A DNA stretch of 64,000 nucleotides from Octopus sinensis. Taxonomy: Eukaryota. The notes under the pieces were generated by a model that was given only the letters and a program-made list of their open reading frames with translations, searched no databases and was not told the DNA's origin. Shown here piece by piece: positions 37,088-51,054 of this stretch. The stretch covers positions 79,174,001 through 79,238,000 of the forward strand of contig NC_043002.1 of the NCBI RefSeq assembly GCF_006345805.1, in the 5' to 3' direction. The position numbers and the translations under genes are program-made. The first letter of the stretch is position 1. Every line of letters starts with the position of its first letter.

Positions 37088-37508
37088 ATATATATATTGC
37101 ATGTATGTATATACATACTGAAAGGGCAGGTATATTGATAATATGATAATATAAATAAAAGTAAAAAGAAATAGAACTGGACAAAAGTGTAGAAGACAGA
37201 GGAAGTTGTAGCAAATGTAGGATGAGAATAAACGATATTCGTCGCTGGTGATCAAAAACATTTCTACCGGAAATGACGTTATTAAGCAAAGGAAGCACAC
37301 ATGTCATGTGATAATCGGGAGTTTCATTCATCTGGACCACCACACTGTACTCACGTCCGCAGAAATTCTGGGTGTTCTCTTTGAGAAATCTAAGCCTCGT
37401 ATCAAGCCTCAGCTCGTGAGAGTGTGTGCGTATATTATATATATATATATATATATAATATACATACACACATAATATAATATGTTATATATATCTAATA
37501 TAATATAT

Positions 37509-37552
<44 letters not shown>

Positions 37553-37676
37553 CATACATGCATAAACATAAATATGTATATATATATATATAATATATAT
37601 ATGTATATATATAGGTAATATAAGTATATCTGTTATATATATATATATGCATGTGTGTGTGCATGTATGTATATGA

Positions 37677-37707
<31 letters not shown>

Positions 37708-37797
37708 CATATTGCATATATCATATATATATATATCATATATACATATATACATACACACACTACACAACACACGTATTATATATATTTATGTAAG

Positions 37798-37888
<91 letters not shown>

Positions 37889-37900
37889 GGAAATATATAT
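36580..37900. repeat. (TA)n-rich microsatellite blocks flanking a 300-bp unique island (37120-37425)
   Basis: Visible runs. Confidence 0.9.
37355..37389 (-). CDS. Candidate exon with the first PTB strand (FLKENTQNFCG); 5' boundary uncertain, up to about 37414
   Basis: Perfect donor C|GTGAGT, phase 1, giving FCG-R-V when joined to 36158; acceptor is weak. Confidence 0.4.
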
Positions 37901-38139
37901 AATATACGTATATGCGTCACACACAAACACACACACACACACATATACACATATACATGCGTATATATTCACACACAGTCCCGCACACACGCACACACAC
38001 AGACACACGCACACACACAGACACACGCACCAAAACACACGCACAAATATAATGCTTATCATGACACACATACACACGTACACACATGCATATATTTAAA
38101 GCAACCGAGTCATCTTTTGGTGATCGTACAGGTAGTGAT

Positions 38140-38245
38140 GCTAGTGATGATGATGTTGATGATGATGTTGACAATGACGACGACGACGACGATGATGGTG
38201 ATGTGAATGATGTCGTTATTGTTGTTGTTGTTTTTGATGATGGTA

Positions 38246-38295
<50 letters not shown>

Positions 38296-38416
38296 AACGA
38301 TAATGCTGATGATCAGGAGGATGATGCTGGCTCTGACACTGTTGCCGTTATTGTTGTTGTTGTTGTTTGGTTGTGGCTTGTTATTATACTGATGGTGGCG
38401 GCGGTGTTGTAGACGT

Positions 38417-38449
<33 letters not shown>

Positions 38450-38727
38450 TACGATGACGATGATGATGATGATGTTGGTGGTGTGTTAGATGTCGGTACG
38501 TGTATTTTCCTTTGAGGTCATCGTTTTATACAAGGTGAGAGTAAGTAGGAGGCAACTTCCGGATAACTTTTAAGGTTACCGGAAGTGTGTGCAGCTGAAT
38601 ACTTTGAGTCATTTGATCGACTTATCGATGAAACAAACTCAGTCTAGAAAATGATAACGATTTGGTTAAAAAAAAATACTAAGGTTAATTACATTTAATA
38701 TTAAATTTCCGTGTTATTTAAAAAAAA

Positions 38728-38776
<49 letters not shown>

Positions 38777-39180
38777 GTTATTATTATTATTATAGTTGTT
38801 GTTGTTGTTATTGTAGTTGTTGTTTTGTTGTTATTGTTGTTCTTATAATTATAATAATTATTAGTATTATCATCAACATCATCATTATCATCAAGATGAT
38901 AATCATCGTTGTTATCATCATAAACATCGACATCAGCATCAACATCAATGTCGTCGTCGTCGTCATCATCGTTTTCATCGCTCTCCTCAGTGTAGTTAAC
39001 ATTATTAACGCGACCATAATCCCCTTCCTCCTGCTCCTCCTCCTTCTCCTCCACTACCACCTCCCCTCCCATACTCCTCCCCCTCCTCCTCCTTACCATT
39101 CCCCATCTCCACTACTCCCTCCCACACCTCTCCTCAATCACCACCACCACCACCACCACCACCGCCTCCTCCTCTCTTTA
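38140..39180. repeat. Compound trinucleotide repeats (GAT/GAC/GTT/TTA/CAT/CCT/CAC)
   Basis: Visible runs. Confidence 0.9.
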
Positions 39181-39599
39181 CGCTACTTGGTGACATGTCT
39201 TTACGTTGTGAGTTCAAATCACACCGACGGCAGCTTCGACAGACATCATTTAGGCTTCTATTCCATATGCACTCTCTAAATACTGAGCTTAGTTTAATGA
39301 ACTTTCTCACATAATTACGCCACAGGATCTGAGAAAAAGACCTTATAAGCCCATGCCGCCTGAAGGACATATGACCACGCATAAATATATATATATATAT
39401 ATATATACGACGGGCTTCTTTCAGTTTCCTTCTACCAAATCCACTCACAAGGCTTTGGTCGGCCCGAGGCTATACACTATTATATTTTAAAATATATGTC
39501 TTCTGACTCTTATTACGTTTGCTGGCCACCGGTAAATTATTTAATAATTTTTACCCTTATATTTATAAAGTTCATATATATACATACATATATATATAT

Positions 39600-40018
39600 A
39601 TAGGAGGGGAGCCGCAGGAGTGGGTGTGTGGTAAGTAACTTACTTCCCAACCCCACATGGTTCCGAGTTCAGTCCCTCTGCGTGCCAATTTGGGAAAGTG
39701 TCTTCTGCTATAGTCTCGGGCCGACCAAAGTCTTGTGAGTTGATTTGGTAGACGGAAACTGAAAGAAGCCCGTCGTATATATACATATATGTGTGTGAGT
39801 ATTTGTGTGTTTGTGTCCGTTTGTCACCCCCCCCCAACATCGCTTGACAACCGATACTAGTGTGTTTACGTCCCCGTAACTTTAGCGGTTCGTCAAAAGA
39901 GACCGATAGAATAAGTACTGGGCTTATACTAGTCCTGGAGTCGATTTGCTCGCCCCCAGGACTAGTACAAGCTCCAGTATGGCCACAGTCAAATGACTGA
40001 AACAATTAAAAGAATAAA

Positions 40019-40020
<2 letters not shown>
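39600..40020 (+). mobile_element. SINE family A, full length
   Basis: Head ggagtgggtgtgtggtaagtaac..ggttccgagttcagtccc, short internal repeat, family tail. Confidence 0.9.
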
Positions 40021-40053
<33 letters not shown>

Positions 40054-40054
40054 A

Positions 40055-40157
<103 letters not shown>

Positions 40158-40229
40158 ATATCTCTGTGTGTGTGTGTGTTGATGTAAATTCTAAACCATT
40201 ATGTGCCAGGAAGTGTATGAAAATTGGAA

Positions 40230-41330
40230 AAGATGTACTTGTTGGAGCAGATTCTGTGAGAACATATTCTGCGGTATAGAAACCAAAAGTGTTGCTGCCA
40301 AGTTAGTTAGGCATATGAATATCAAGAATTTCGAAGCTAATGGTGGGTAATTATGGCGATTTAGAAATTACAATGGAATTATTAAACAACAACCATGTGC
40401 GAAGATCTTCTGATTTCACATGTGAATATCAGGGATGAAACTGGATTGTATTGGTGATTACTACTCTGGGATACCCTAAGCTTGTAAGATGAAGCCCCAA
40501 ACCTAGTTGCAAATTAAATAAGGGATATTTAGTTGCTTTGTGTGAACACTGATGCTGTGTATCCTTTTTTGAAAGTTTGTAGTGGTTTTCGAAAACTATA
40601 ATACACCAGATACTAGAGCATGTTAAAATTCCAAAACATTGGGGTTTAAGATGCATATTTTTAAAGACTGGTTTTTCTTGCATTTCATTCCTGCAGAGCA
40701 TAAATACCAGGAAGATATCCTGATGCTACTAATTTCGGACAAGGTAGTAACTCACCCAGTTGGTCATCAACTTGTCAGTAATGATGCTAAAATATGGTCT
40801 ATGATCTTGACATCCTATGTGACATCCTATGTTACATCCTCAACTCAACTGGTGGATCAAGATATAACTGTATATAATTGCAAGAGCTTATACCCATAAA
40901 GATATTTGGATGAATTTCTTGCGTTGAGAGTAGAGGACGATATTAGGGAAGACAGATGATTATAAAAACTCAAATTCAAGCTTGAAATATTCAATTTAGC
41001 AGATTCTTAGAAGGCACTGAGGACAACCACTGGAGTCGATGTTTGGAAAAAAAATTTCTGTATAATATGGAGGTAGAAGAGTATATTGAAGTGTTTTGAT
41101 GGGTTAAAGATAAAGAATTTTATTCGTATAAATCAGAGAGAAGGCAAAGTATTTCCCAGAAGACAATGTTAGAAATTGATTAAAAGACACAGATCATAAT
41201 CTAGAGAACCAAATGTCAGCAGGAGAAATAGTAGATAGAATTCTTGTTGGTAACAGCAGAGAAATTAAAGATGGTGAAGACGATGAAACATTGTACAAAA
41301 AGGTTAAAATCTGAGGTGGAGTGAAACTGT
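40230..41330 (+). pseudogene. Degenerate pogo/Tigger (CENP-B HTH and DDE_1) transposase
   Basis: FEANGG*LWRFRNYNG near 40330-40375 (cf. F.AS.GWL.RF) and DETGLYW at 40434-40454; many stops and deletions. Confidence 0.7.
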
Positions 41331-41560
41331 GTCAGTGATCAGGTCGCAGGTAGTGCAACGAAAATTTTAGCAGCAAATAATAAATGTTTAAGAAAAGTTA
41401 ACAGTTTTTGTGTATTTTGAATGGCTAATATGTATCTTCCATGCTGAAATTGTTTTAGTTTCAACTCACAGACTCAGATCAAATCACTTGCAAGACAAAT
41501 ACATCTTAAAATCTCTGTGATACGGTCATCTCCTGATTCCATTGATAACATCCTTTAATA

Positions 41561-41833
41561 CAGTGTTTCCCAAACTTTTTCAAGCTGTCACCTCTTGACA
41601 CCTAGGTCACATTCCCAGCGCCCCACCCCAACAAACCATCACAAAGATAGACCTCTTTCTGAAGCAAATTCAAAGCAACTGTATTTCACAAATAAAACTT
41701 AACCTAACGACCCCATTATTTTGTTGTTTTTACATGAATCTCTACCCCATTATTGCCCCATATTTCTTCAACGCCCCCTTGGAACTTTCCACCACTCCCA
41801 GTGGGGAAATACTGCCCTCTTTGGGAACCACCG
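41561..41833. mobile_element. hAT/Charlie-like MITE
   Basis: TIRs cagtgtttcccaaa and tttgggaaccaccg (12 of 14 match). Confidence 0.6.
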
Positions 41834-42189
41834 CGTTGAAACATTGCCTTGTTAACAGAAATTGATGTTCAGCAATATTTATCAACATCTTAGAACATTA
41901 AAGGTGCTTATTCTCCGGAAGCAACATCGACAAAGGAAACAATTGAAATTCGACTCATACTTCAAACCAGTCTGTCTGAACTCTACTGTAGTTAAACCTC
42001 CTGATAATATTGATCGGGGCCTCTGGTATTTCTTTAGCGATAGTAAACCATAACACATATGGATCACAATTGGAATCCTAGACAAGTGAGGCCCCTGGAC
42101 AACAACCCAATCTGAGCATGCTTTAAGTCAGCACTAATATTTTTTTCTACTCTAGGCACAAGACCCGAAATTTTTGGGGAGGAGGCTAC

Positions 42190-42620
42190 TCAATTATGTC
42201 GAGCATGGCATAATGCCAAATGGTCTCATCCTTGCGTCCATGAGGCCCAATGCTTGAAAGGTGCTTTTGCGTGCCACCAGCATAGGTGCCATTTTGCATG
42301 ACACCAGTATCTGCCATGACTACGATTTTACTTGGCTTGATGGGTCTTCTTTTCAAGCACGGCATAATGCCAAAAGTCTCGGTCACTAGTCATTGCCTCT
42401 GTGAGGCCTAAAGTTTGGAGATCATGGTTCACCACCTCATCCCATGTCTTCTTGGTTCTATCTCTACAACAGGTTCCCTCCACAGTTAAGAATTGACACT
42501 TCTTTACACAGTTGTCCTTGTCCATGTGCATCACATGACCATACCAGCGCATTCATCTCTCTTGCACACCACATCTTATACCCAACTTTTCTTTCAAGAT
42601 CCTTAAATTTATCGAACATA
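42190..42620 (-). mobile_element. RTE-clade LINE 3' fragment
   Basis: ORF 42328-42552 has RWYGHVMHMD..VEG..KKTWDEVV, a typical RTE C-terminus. Confidence 0.85.
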
Positions 42621-42629
42621 CATACTGAC

Positions 42630-42780
42630 ATTGCACAACTGGTACTTAATTTATCGATCCCGAAAGGATGAAAGGAAAAGTCGACCTCGGTAGAATTTGA
42701 ACTTAGAACGTAAAGACAGACGAAATACCACTAAACATTTCGCCCGGTGTGCTAACGTTTTTGCCAGATCGCCGATTTAG
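42630..42780 (-). mobile_element. SINE family C
   Basis: Match to the family consensus. Confidence 0.85.
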
Positions 42781-43386
42781 ACACCACTAATACTGATGAT
42801 ACACAATGTTCTTGACTCACTTTCTTCTCAGTTATCTCATAGTCATATCTATATCCATGGAAAATTATAGTGCAAATATACGTCGACAAGCCGCTCCTTT
42901 TCTATATTCACCTCGAGCACATCAAGCTTACCTGTCATTTTCTCCAGGTAAATTAAATTAACAGTTTATAGTGTAAAACTTTTTAACTTTACAAACTGTA
43001 ATGTTAAATAATCTTATTAAAATATTTATGTTTTTGTCTTTTATGCAGCAATAAGATGTTTATAGTATTGCTGTAATTTTGTTAAAGTTTAGCTTACAGT
43101 GTATATATATTTTCAATATCACATACACATACAACATTAACCCTTGCCATCGGTTAACTCGGACAATTGGATAAAACGGACACAGTTCTTTTATTAGTAT
43201 GGTGTAACGAGAGTGTACCATAATACATACATACGTGCATACATACATACGTGCATACATACATACATACATACATACATACATACATACATACATACAT
43301 ACATGCATAAATGCTTACACTCACACACACTTAGGTGTTTAAATATATATATATATGTACGCTCACACACACGTAGGTGTATGAGC

Positions 43387-43424
<38 letters not shown>

Positions 43425-43534
43425 TATATATATATAATATATATATATATATACATTTGCAAACTCAGTCACTTATTCATTTACAGACTTATTCCTTCAT
43501 ACTCTCTTTCAGACGCGCGCGCGCACACACACAT

Positions 43535-43586
<52 letters not shown>

Positions 43587-43714
43587 ATGCTTAGTAATTT
43601 TTGAGAAAGTATTTTGTACACACACTTCAAGGCCTATACAAACATATTCAATCACCACCCACTGACTCCACTTCCACACTCGATTTCTATTCACAAACAA
43701 ATACACACATGCGT

Positions 43715-43745
<31 letters not shown>

Positions 43746-44635
43746 CACCCATACATACAAACTCATACATCCGCACACAGACACACTCGAGCTCGCGTAC
43801 ACAGACACACATATACACATACACACACAAATGCCCTCTGGGTTAAAATAATATGGAAAGTAGTTCATACACAACATGAGTGAAAAACGTAAAAAAACGC
43901 TAGAAAATTTAAAAACAAAATAAAAAAAAACACACACATACACACAAGTGTTCGGTATACCGTTTCCATGGTGATCGTACAGCGTAATATTTCTATGGTG
44001 AACACAATAACATATATTTTTCAATAGTAATCATAAAATAATACAATTTCTATAGCTCTTATATTAATGTCCAAAGTATTATTGCGCGGTGAAAAGTCAT
44101 TATTTTATTGTGGAGAATCTCTTGAATTCTCTCCTCTATCATAAATACATTTGTTTGTTCGCGTTTTGTGGCTTGTGTATAACAGTGTGTGTATCTAGGC
44201 TCTCGTATATATATATATATATATACATATACACGAGAGCCTAGATGCATTATATATTTATACATAAATATACATATATAAATATATATTTATATACACT
44301 TACATAAATATATGAATATAAATAAATATATATATATACATATATATATATATGTGTGTGTGTGTGTGTATTTTTGGATATATTTATATACATACATATA
44401 TATCCATGAGTGTATATGTGTATGTGATTGTGAGTGTGTGAGTGCATGTACGATTTGTGAATCTGTGAATACTGTGTTTTTTTACATTTGTTATTATTAC
44501 AAATGGTTTTATTAATATACAGCTAACTTATTAAAAGGATATGTTCTATTAAACTAACCAAAACAATGTATGTATGTATGTATGTATGTATGTATGTATG
44601 TATGTATGTATGTATGTATGTATGTATGTATGTAC

Positions 44636-44685
<50 letters not shown>

Positions 44686-44712
44686 CTATATCTATATCTA
44701 TATCTATATCTA

Positions 44713-44788
<76 letters not shown>

Positions 44789-44891
44789 CACATACATATA
44801 CCAATATCAATATATATATATATATATACATTTATATGATGTACACATACATATACACGTAAGTGTATATATATTACATTGAAATATTGAA

Positions 44892-44932
<41 letters not shown>

Positions 44933-46629
44933 CACTACCGCCGCTGCTGCTGCTACTACCATATAGAACAAGAGCAATAATAATGGTGATTTGTTTAATT
45001 GTTTACGAGGGCACAAAAGATACATTACAATTTGATACAATGGCGATTTATCTCTCCAATGAAATACTCTAACGATTAAAACAAACATTATTTGTGATGT
45101 AACAACACCCAGCCCACATAAACACACACTCACATACACATACGTCCAATTGAAACATAGACATGTACACATATGCATGAAACCGGGCATATAAACACAT
45201 ATACACGCACAGAGTATACACAAAAATACATGACTATATATATAATAGAGATATCTGATACATTGTTACAAAGGTCATGTATTTTGCAAGGCACGAAACT
45301 TAATTGAATGGAGTTTGGAATCTTGAGGCGCAGACCGGGCTTCGTCGGGATTTGAAATAGGAAAACCGAAGGACAAATCGTTGTTAGATCTAGGTCTCTT
45401 TGAATCTCAAATCTAATATTAGGGGCTGTGTGATATCTTCTAGATTTTTAATCATCGGAACATAAGCATTGATGACAAAGCTTAGACGTTGTTGGTTTAT
45501 AATAGATAACAAGTTCAGTGGACAAACTGTTGTTGTTGTCATTGTTTAACAACAACCTGATGAATCATACATAGGATCATAGATGTCGCACCACTCATAC
45601 ATTCTTCGTTGTTGATGTTGTTGTTGTTGCCGTTGTTGTTAATCTCATGTCTGTCTGGTCGATCGGCTTTGGGTCACAGATGTTTAGTACACAAACCATA
45701 CTCGTCATTGTTGTTGTTGTTGCTGTTATTGTTGTTTAACCTCAGAAATATCTGATCGTGTAGGGTTTGGACAAAAGAGGTTTAAGACACAACCCATAGC
45801 CTCTTTCGTTCTTGGTTTGTTGTTGTTTAACCCTAAGATTACTATGATAAAAATAATTCAGCTATGATCTTTCAATATTTTTTTTTCTGAAGTATCCAGA
45901 ACTATATTATACTAGAAACACATATTTCCTTCCTCCCTTTTTGAGAAACTGGATTATGATTCATGAGAAATTTTGTTGCTATATCCAGCAGACACATCGA
46001 TCATAAAGACGTTCACTTCTTAGCCCAACATTTTTTTTTATCGTTTTATCAAAAAGGGAACAGCTGTACTCGTAACCCACCTTTTAGGGCTTCCCAGATT
46101 ACTGACAATAAAAGGGAGAATATCCTCCAACTGGAAACTTGGTCTAAATGATTGCTACAAATTGAACCTCAGGAAAAACGTCCTAAGGCGCCTGGTGGTG
46201 ATGTTAAACCGGATGGCGCATTAAATCCATCCAGAATGAGAAAATATGGCGCGGTAATCAAGCAAGAACTTAGAACATTAAGTGGCGAAACGCATGCTGC
46301 AAGGCATCTCTTCAGATGATATAACAGTTCTGCCAAACCACTGGTTGCAGTGATGATGATGATGATGATATTGGCGATAAATATGGACTGATATAGGTTC
46401 TATTTTAAAGAAGTGGAAAACTCTTTAGAGGAACTTTGGAGAAGCCCAGTTATATGACACAGACGTAACATTTACTTATGTGGACAGCGACAGACAACAA
46501 CTGCATCAATATGAAAAAAAAAAGATTAGTGGTCATACTCCCCCACACTCTCTGATATACACGTATAGGAGTACAAAAGTTATATATATTACAAAATTTA
46601 CTATGTATATGTACATTATGTTTATTATA

Positions 46630-46935
46630 GGCCCTGGTATGTGACTGTGTGGTAAGAAGTTGGCTTCCCGGTCACATGGTTGTGGGTTCAAAGTCACTTC
46701 GTGGCGCTCTGGGGAAATGTCTTCTGATTCCTCGTGGGTCGTACAAAGCCTTGTGAGTGGATCTGGTAGACGGAAACTGAAACAAGTCTGTCGGATACTC
46801 TCTTTTTGCTCTTTTACTTGTTTCAGTGATTTGACTGTGGCCATGCTGGAGCACCGCCTTTAGTCGAGCAAATCGACCCCAGGACTTATTCTTTGTAAGC
46901 CTAGTACTTATTCTATCGTTCTGTTTTGCCGAACT
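46630..46935. mobile_element. SINE family A head (+, 46630-46790) fused to a family A tail in the opposite orientation (-, 46800-46935)
   Basis: Both halves match family A, in opposite orientations. Confidence 0.75.
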
Positions 46936-47488
46936 TCAACACTTAAATGTAATTTGTCAAAATATTTTCGTCGCTTTGAGACCGCGACCTGTTCACTGAC
47001 AAAATTCCGTGGTGTTCATATATATATATATATATAAGCAAAACATTCAAACAGATATCACTACTGTTCATATCATCTGTGGATAAATTTTAAAATTGAT
47101 GATATCACCGTGAGTGACATAGGTGGATCGCAGGCTCAATACCATTAAATAGCTATGAATTATAAATTTGCACGAAGCATAATGATGCTTAACAAGCATC
47201 TACCTGCTAGAAATAAGAGCTAAAGTCTTAAATTAAGCCACAGTACAGCACCAATATAACAGAAAAACAGTATACGAGGAAAACAGAAAGAATTAAAACA
47301 TTTAACAGAACAAAATAAAAATAGTATGCGATTAGGGATATCCACAAACCAGGTTTCGGCTTTTGGGTATTTAAACCCTGAGCCTACCGAGTAATAATCC
47401 ATAACTGTCACGTTAAACTCTGACAGTGCAACTGGTTTTGTTTTATATATATACACACATATACACACACATTACACATATATAAACA

Positions 47489-47595
<107 letters not shown>

Positions 47596-47649
47596 ATATA
47601 TAACGAGACGTGTGTTTGTGTGACGACGACAACGACGGCGATGATGATT

Positions 47650-47696
<47 letters not shown>

Positions 47697-48136
47697 AATG
47701 ATGATGATAAGTATGATGATTTATATTGATGATGCTCGTAGGAAAAAATAACGGTGAAGATGACTGTTGGTCAGGAACGGCTATAAGGATGACGATGATA
47801 ACTGATGATGGTGGTCGCGCTACTGACGATGAATATGATAGTGGTGGTGGTGGTGGTGGTGGTAGTGGTAATGATGATGATGACGATGAGGAGGAGGTGG
47901 AGGACGACGACGAAAGCGATGATTGTAACGATGATGTCGATGGCGATGAAGATGATGATGATGGTGACGACGACGATGATGGAATTGATGGGCGTTATAT
48001 GTTATTGCATAGCCTTCACCATCCACACCAGTACATCCGTATATGAACAGCAAAAACATCATCAAATACATTCCAGCCGTGACCGCTCTGTCATGCTTTC
48101 AGAAATAATGTATACCTACGACAATATTATCCAATG

Positions 48137-48685
48137 TATTGGGTTGTCCGGAAAGTTCGTGCCGATTTTTAAAGGAAAGAAAAAGCTCAATAAATACTTG
48201 CCATTACATTTTTAATCAACCAAATATGAAACATTTTGTTGCACAATGCGTCTCCATCTTTCCTTTAACTTGAAAATACCCTCTTCCCAGAATCGAGGTG
48301 GTTTCATGGCAAATAATTCATCAAGGTATCTTTTAGGTCAGCAAAGGAATTGAAATTTTTACCATTAAAACTATTCCGAAGAGACCCGAATAAGTGGAAA
48401 TCCGAAGGAACAATATCTGGTGAATATGGAGCCGAGCTGCGGCAATTTTTGTCTGGTTCCCAAAGCATCAAGTGCCGAAAATGAACTTTCTTATCTTCCA
48501 TTTTAAAGGGTTACAGAATTAACACAGGTTATTGGAACATGAACCTTCTTCCACGAAAAGATAACTTAAACCGTGCTCTAAATGGAGGTGTAGTCAAATC
48601 CTATTTTATGGACTCAACCATGTTCTAAAATAAGTCGAAAGGTAAGCTACTATAAATCGGCAAGAACTTTCCAGATAACCCAATA
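48137..48685 (-). mobile_element. Non-autonomous mariner, same family as 19114-19681
   Basis: TIRs tattgggttgtccggaaagttcgtgccgattt and aaatcggcaagaactttccagataacccaata; ORF 48304-48501 has APYSPDIVPSDFHLFGSL. Confidence 0.9.
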
Positions 48686-48799
48686 TTTTTACCTGGTTCA
48701 TTTTTTTTCTGGGCGACTGTGGTTATGTATTCTGAAAGCAATATAGCTACTGTTTCTAGCAGTTAGGACGATTTTATCGACACACTGTAACTGTCAGTG

Positions 48800-49440
48800 G
48801 TGATCTTAGAAGATGATTATGGTAATGGTAGTAGAAATATTAGTAATGGTTGTTGTGGTGGTGGTGGTTGTTGTGGTAGTTGTAGTGAGGTTGGTTGTGG
48901 TGGCTGTAATAGCATTGGTGGTTGTGGTGGTGGTTGTGGGGGTAGTTGTGGTGAGGTTGGTTGTGATGGCTGTGATAGTGTTGGTGGTGGTGGTGGTGAG
49001 GGGGTGGTGGTTGTGTTGGTGAGGATGAAGATGGTAGATGATTGTGAATTGTGGTAGTCGTGGTGATAGTGGGTTGTAGATCGATTTGATGGTGATGATG
49101 ATAGTGATGATGATGATGATGATGATGATAGTGGTGGTGATGGTTAAGGCATTGGTTGCCTTGTTGCTGCTGATGCTGCTGTTGTTGTTGGTGGTGGTGG
49201 TCGTGGTGGTTGTAAGTAGTAGCAGTAATAGTGATGGTGATGAAGATAATGATGATGATGATGATGATCATCATCATCATCATGATCATGAAAGTGTTGG
49301 TTGATGTTATCATTGTGGTTGATGTTTGCTGTTATTGTTGGTGATGGTGGTGGTGTTGTTGTTGATATTGTTGTTGTTGTTGGTGGTGGTGGTGATGGAG
49401 ACGGTGATTCTGGTGTCGGAGCTGGTAATGATTGAAGCTG
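48800..49440. repeat. GGT/GAT-rich trinucleotide low-complexity block
   Basis: Visible runs. Confidence 0.9.
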
Positions 49441-49783
49441 ATGATATATGACGAGATAGACACAGCGCATTTTTCGATAGAACTCCGAAATAGCTGTAAT
49501 TCCCGTCAATTATCCAGATTATTTCCAAGTTGGGTAAAGTGTATTTAAGGAAAATCATTAGATAACAGTGTCACATGACTTGTTTCACAGTATGGCGCGC
49601 GTGTGTGTTTGCGTGTGGGTGTGCGTGTGCGCGCATGCAATATATACATTCGATAATGTATGTGTATGAATATTTCTTTATATTTATACATATATACATA
49701 TATATATGTATATGCATCTCCTTCTCTTTCCCTCTCTCTCTATATATATGTGCGTATGTATCTGTGTATGCGTGTGTATGCAC

Positions 49784-49815
<32 letters not shown>

Positions 49816-49836
49816 TGTGTGTATATATATATATAC

Positions 49837-49879
<43 letters not shown>

Positions 49880-50080
49880 CGATAATATTGTGTATGCATA
49901 TCTGTATTTTTATACAAATATGATATGTGCATGCATCTCTCTGTCTATCTGTCACTCTCTCTCTTTCCATATATATTTGCGTGTGTGTGTGTGTACATCT
50001 TCATAAGCATACATCTACATACGTTTATGAATAATTTTAAGCTTGCATATAATTAAGTGTATATAAATACAAAAATATTT

Positions 50081-50123
<43 letters not shown>

Positions 50124-50778
50124 TACAGATGCATGCGCATTTCTGGTAAAGTTATATACACGCACACCTATACACACACACATTTACGCTCACGCACATA
50201 CACTCATTTATATATATTCGGTTTGCAAGAATTTACGCGGCATTAGCCACTAATTGGATGAGAACTCGTTTCCTCAGGATTATTATATCTCCTCATATAA
50301 ACTATCTTAATCACAGACTGTGTACCGATTGTAACACAGATTCTGGTGAAAATCTTCCAAAAGATAAAAGATGATACGTATTACAACCGAATCAAAATCT
50401 CGTTTGTGTTTATTTCTGCATATTGATTAATATATTATTTGTTTTGTTTTGTTTTATTTTATTTTTTATTTCATCGGTCAATTTTTAAAAATTTATTTAT
50501 TTTTTAAAAATCATTATTTGTATAATGAATGATATAGTCAGAATCTGTACGTACAAACTATATATATATCAACATACATCACATACATACATGCTGACAT
50601 ATATACTTATATACTTATGTAAATTTACACGTACCTACATATTTAATAGACACATGAATATGTACAAAAGTACATCTATGGAAGTATACTTGTATATACA
50701 TATACATATACATACATACATACATACAAACATACATATATATATATTTTTTATATCTATATATATCTATCTATATAC

Positions 50779-50836
<58 letters not shown>

Positions 50837-50915
50837 ACACACACATCATGCTCATTCATATACAAAGATGCTTCATATGTATACGCAAGCATATGCGTCA
50901 CTCTCTCTCTCTCCC

Positions 50916-51035
<120 letters not shown>

Positions 51036-51054
51036 CCTATCTAAATTTTATACA

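Noticed and set aside
37219-37416. Plus-strand Ig- or trypsin-like reading (SSLVIKNI..HTCHV; HTVLTSAE)
   Set aside because: No polypyrimidine acceptor and key residues are missing; better explained as the antisense shadow of the minus-strand exon.
38556-38588. Small hairpin acttccggataac/gttaccggaagt (also 26994-27048 and 24807-24948)
   Set aside because: Too short to distinguish from chance or from decayed MITE ends.
46160-46260. Plus-strand candidate exon EKRPKAPGGDVKPDGALNPSRMRKYGA
   Set aside because: Mediocre acceptor, no homology, and not phase-compatible with the other plus-strand candidates.
47220-47468. 82-aa minus-strand ORF (..EFNVTVMDYYSVGSGFKYPKAETWF..)
   Set aside because: It starts in a microsatellite and lacks a good acceptor; no recognisable motif.
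49440-49560. LPNLEII (receptor L-domain-like) minus-strand frame and an alternative plus-strand frame
   Set aside because: Seven-residue resemblance only; no convincing splice-site pair.
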